From Pyrinomonadaceae bacterium (GTDB lineage: Bacteria; Acidobacteriota; Blastocatellia; Pyrinomonadales; Pyrinomonadaceae), in the NCBI GenBank assembly GCA_036389335.1, contig DASVQC010000085.1:1408-65407 (forward strand): 64,000 nucleotides of DNA. The letters are read 5' to 3'. This document shows, one piece after another, positions 61,967 through 64,000 of the stretch; the stretch's first letter is position 1, and the number at the start of each line of letters is the position of its first letter. The notes under the pieces were generated by a model. It was given only the letters and a program-made list of their open reading frames with translations, did no database searches and was not told the DNA's origin. Position numbers and translations under genes: made by a program.

Positions 61967-63833
61967 ACCACAGCTCCAGCATCAAGAGCGTCCACAGGCG
62001 GTGCGAGTGATCGGCGCGGCCCGCGACGTGATCTTCGACGAGGCGGCGCACCGCCTCGGGCTTGAAGAGGCCGCGCCGCAGGTGCTTCTCCGAGAGCAGC
62101 GTCTCTTGCAGGAAGCCCCTCATCTCGCCGCGGAACCAGTGGCCGATGGGCACGCCGAAGCCCTGCTTGCGCCGCTCCAGATTCTCGACCGGCACGAGTT
62201 TGCGTAAAACTTTTTTCAGCAGGTACTTCGTCGTGCGCCCGCGCAGCTTCAGCGCGGCGGGGAGCGACGCGGCGAACTCGATGACGTGGTGATCGAGGAA
62301 CGGCGAGCGCGCCTCCAGGGAGTTCGCCATGCTCGCGATGTCGACCTTGACGAGCAGATCGTTCGGCAGGTAGGTCATCGTGTCCGCGAGGAGCGCGGCG
62401 TCGACCACGCCTGCGCCGTTGGCGCGCGCGAACCACGGCGCGATGAAGTCGGCGGCGCGGTGCGGCCTCATCCGCGCGCGGAACTCGTCGGCGTAGAGCG
62501 AGTCTTTCGCCTCCGAGTCGAAGACGCTCACCCAGCGCAGGTATCGCTCGACCGCGGGGAGCGAGGCGGCGCGCGCGAAACGCTTCACGTCGCGCACGCG
62601 GCTGCGGCGCAGCTCGGACGAAGGCATCAGCTCGACCAGTTGCCGGATGAGCCCCTCGCGCAGCGGCGCGGGGACGCGGCGGTAGGTCTCGGCGAGCTGC
62701 ATCGCGGCGTAGCGCTCGTAGCCGGCGAAGCACTCGTCGCCGCCGTCGCCGTTCAGGGCGACCGTCACGTGGCGTCGCGTCTCGCGCGAGACGTAGTAGG
62801 TCGGGATGGCCGACGAGTCGGCGTAGGGCTCGCCGTAGTGTTCGACGAGCGTCGGGAGGACTTCCATCGCGTCGGGGCGGACGACGAACTCGTGGTGGTC
62901 GGCTCCGACGCGCTCGGCGACGCGGCGCGCGTGGTGCAGCTCGGAGAAGTCCTGCTCCTCGAAGCCGATGGAGAAAGTCTTGACGGGCGCGGCGGACTCC
63001 TCGCTCATCAGCGCGACGACCGCGCTCGAATCGATCCCGCCGGAGAGGAACGCGCCGAGCGGCACCTCCGACATCAGGCGCACGCGCACGGCCTCGCGCA
63101 AGACTTCGACCGCGCGCTCGCCCGCCTCCTCCTCCGTCCACTTCTCCTTGCGGTTGAAGTCGGGCTCCCAGTAACGCTCGCACCTGATCTCGCCCCCGCG
63201 CGTGAAGCGCAGCGTGTGGCCCGGCTCCAACTTCCTGATCGCCTTGAAGGCCGTGAGCGGCGCGGGCACGCACATGAAGGTGAGGTAGTGGTGCAGCGCC
63301 TCGTAGTCGACGTCGCGGCCCACCTCGGGGTGGCGCAGCAGCGCGCGGAACTCGGAGCCGAAGACGAGATCGCCCGCGGGCGTCAGCGAGTAGAGCAGGG
63401 GCTTTTTGCCGACGCGGTCGCGCGCGAGGAACAGTTCTTCCGTGCGCTCGTCCCAGATGGCGAAGGCGAACATCCCGCGCAGGTGTTTGACGCAGTCCGC
63501 GCCGTACTCGTCGTAGGCGTGGACGATGGCCTCGGTGTCGGAGTTGGTGTGGAACCTGTGGCCGAGCTTTTCGAGATTAGCGCGGACTTCGAGGTAGTTG
63601 TAGATTTCGCCGTTGAAGACGATCCAGGCGGTCTCGCCCTCGTTCGCGATGGGCTGCTTGCCGAGCGCGAGATCGATGATCGCGAGCCGGCGCATGCCGA
63701 GCCCGACCGACTCCCTGAGGTAGAAGCCGTCGTCGTCCGGCCCGCGGTGGCGGATCGCGTCGCACATCGAGGCGAGCACGCCCCCGTCCACGCTGCGACC
63801 GCCGCGGCGGACGATGCCGACGATGCCGCACAT
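61947..63833 (-). CDS. asnB: Asparagine synthase (glutamine-hydrolysing) family amidotransferase, paralog 3
   Basis: 628 aa with MCGIVGIV, RLAIIDLALGKQPI, VFNGEIYNY and SGGIDSS. Confidence 0.9.
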   Translation of the reverse strand: MCGIVGIVRRGGRSVDGGVLASMCDAIRHRGPDDDGFYLRESVGLGMRRLAIIDLALGKQPIANEGETAWIVFNGEIYNYLEVRANLEKLGHRFHTNSDTEAIVHAYDEYGADCVKHLRGMFAFAIWDERTEELFLARDRVGKKPLLYSLTPAGDLVFGSEFRALLRHPEVGRDVDYEALHHYLTFMCVPAPLTAFKAIRKLEPGHTLRFTRGGEIRCERYWEPDFNRKEKWTEEEAGERAVEVLREAVRVRLMSEVPLGAFLSGGIDSSAVVALMSEESAAPVKTFSIGFEEQDFSELHHARRVAERVGADHHEFVVRPDAMEVLPTLVEHYGEPYADSSAIPTYYVSRETRRHVTVALNGDGGDECFAGYERYAAMQLAETYRRVPAPLREGLIRQLVELMPSSELRRSRVRDVKRFARAASLPAVERYLRWVSVFDSEAKDSLYADEFRARMRPHRAADFIAPWFARANGAGVVDAALLADTMTYLPNDLLVKVDIASMANSLEARSPFLDHHVIEFAASLPAALKLRGRTTKYLLKKVLRKLVPVENLERRKQGFGVPIGHWFRGEMRGFLQETLLSEKHLRRGLFKPEAVRRLVEDHVAGRADHSHRLWTLLMLELWFEKFID

Positions 63834-63834
63834 C

Positions 63835-64000
63835 CTAGAAGCCGATCCTCTCCGAGAGGCTGTCGGCGATGACCTCCCACTCGCGCTGCTGCTTGCGCCG
63901 CGCCGCGCCCTGCAAGGCCAGATGCCTCATCCTCAGCTTGTCCAGCTCGACCTGCCGCTTGCGATCCTCCCTGCGCTCCTTCATCAGGACGTAGCCGACG
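63835..64000 (-). CDS. 3' end of an unidentified upstream ORF (basic, coiled-coil-like C-terminus); 5' end off window or a short ORF
   Basis: My reverse translation gives ..VGYVLMKERREDRKRQVELDKLRMRHLALQGAARRKQQREWEVIADSLSERIGF followed by TAG (63837-63835). This lies 1 nt from the asnB-3 ATG. No family is recognised. Confidence 0.3.
   Translation of the reverse strand, partial: VGYVLMKERREDRKRQVELDKLRMRHLALQGAARRKQQREWEVIADSLSERIGF

Overview
High-GC bacterial chromosomal window. Most 60-nt lines I hand-counted are about 65-75% G+C, with a few clearly lower-GC islands. The window is essentially one giant cell-envelope glycan locus built around a PEP-CTERM/exosortase system. I support 47 intact or partial protein-coding genes plus one GT2 pseudogene fragment. 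All but four lie on the minus strand, and many have overlapping stop/start codons (ATGA, TGATG, TTGA), so long polycistronic units are likely.

Block A (1-44 kb, minus strand):
- The exosortase core: exosortase, EpsI, PrsT-like TPR lipoprotein, Wzz/GumC-type chain-length determinant.
- One PEP-CTERM substrate gene on the plus strand.
- An AlgD-type GDP-mannose 6-dehydrogenase.
- An array of four GT-C-like membrane proteins with GT2 polyprenyl-phosphate-sugar-synthase-like genes, one of them a decayed fragment.
- Several GT4 and GT2 transferases.
- Two of the window's three AsnB-type amidotransferases.
- A leaderless heparinase II/III-like protein and a double acyltransferase.
- Methyltransferases, a Wzx flippase and a Wzy/O-antigen-ligase-like protein.

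A 5-kb regulatory/accessory island (44-49.3 kb) holds a divergent pair: a sigma-70-like protein and a small HxxxCxxC zinc-finger anti-sigma-like protein. It also holds a plus-strand MBOAT (AlgI/DltB-like) gene with an SGNH-like partner.

Block B (49.3-64 kb, minus strand):
- An acyl-CoA synthetase and a UDP-glucuronate decarboxylase.
- A second Wzy-like protein and a TPR+CBM-like protein.
- A WecA/MraY-family initiating transferase fused to a 4TM+Rossmann module.
- An SDR epimerase/dehydratase and a GT4.
- An RmlC-like/RmlA-like pair, a methyltransferase and the third AsnB.

The most unusual sequence-level signal is in Block B. Four long intergenic hairpins have stems made of tandem 7-8-nt repeats, each hairpin using a different repeat unit. 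Three of them abut the downstream start codon.

I saw no rRNA, tRNA, CRISPR array, transposase or integrase. The Solibacter-type C-terminal domain on a 1000-aa secreted protein, together with the PEP-CTERM system, suggests an Acidobacteriota-like host; this is inference only. All family assignments rest on motifs I can read in the translations plus remembered family knowledge. No database search was run.
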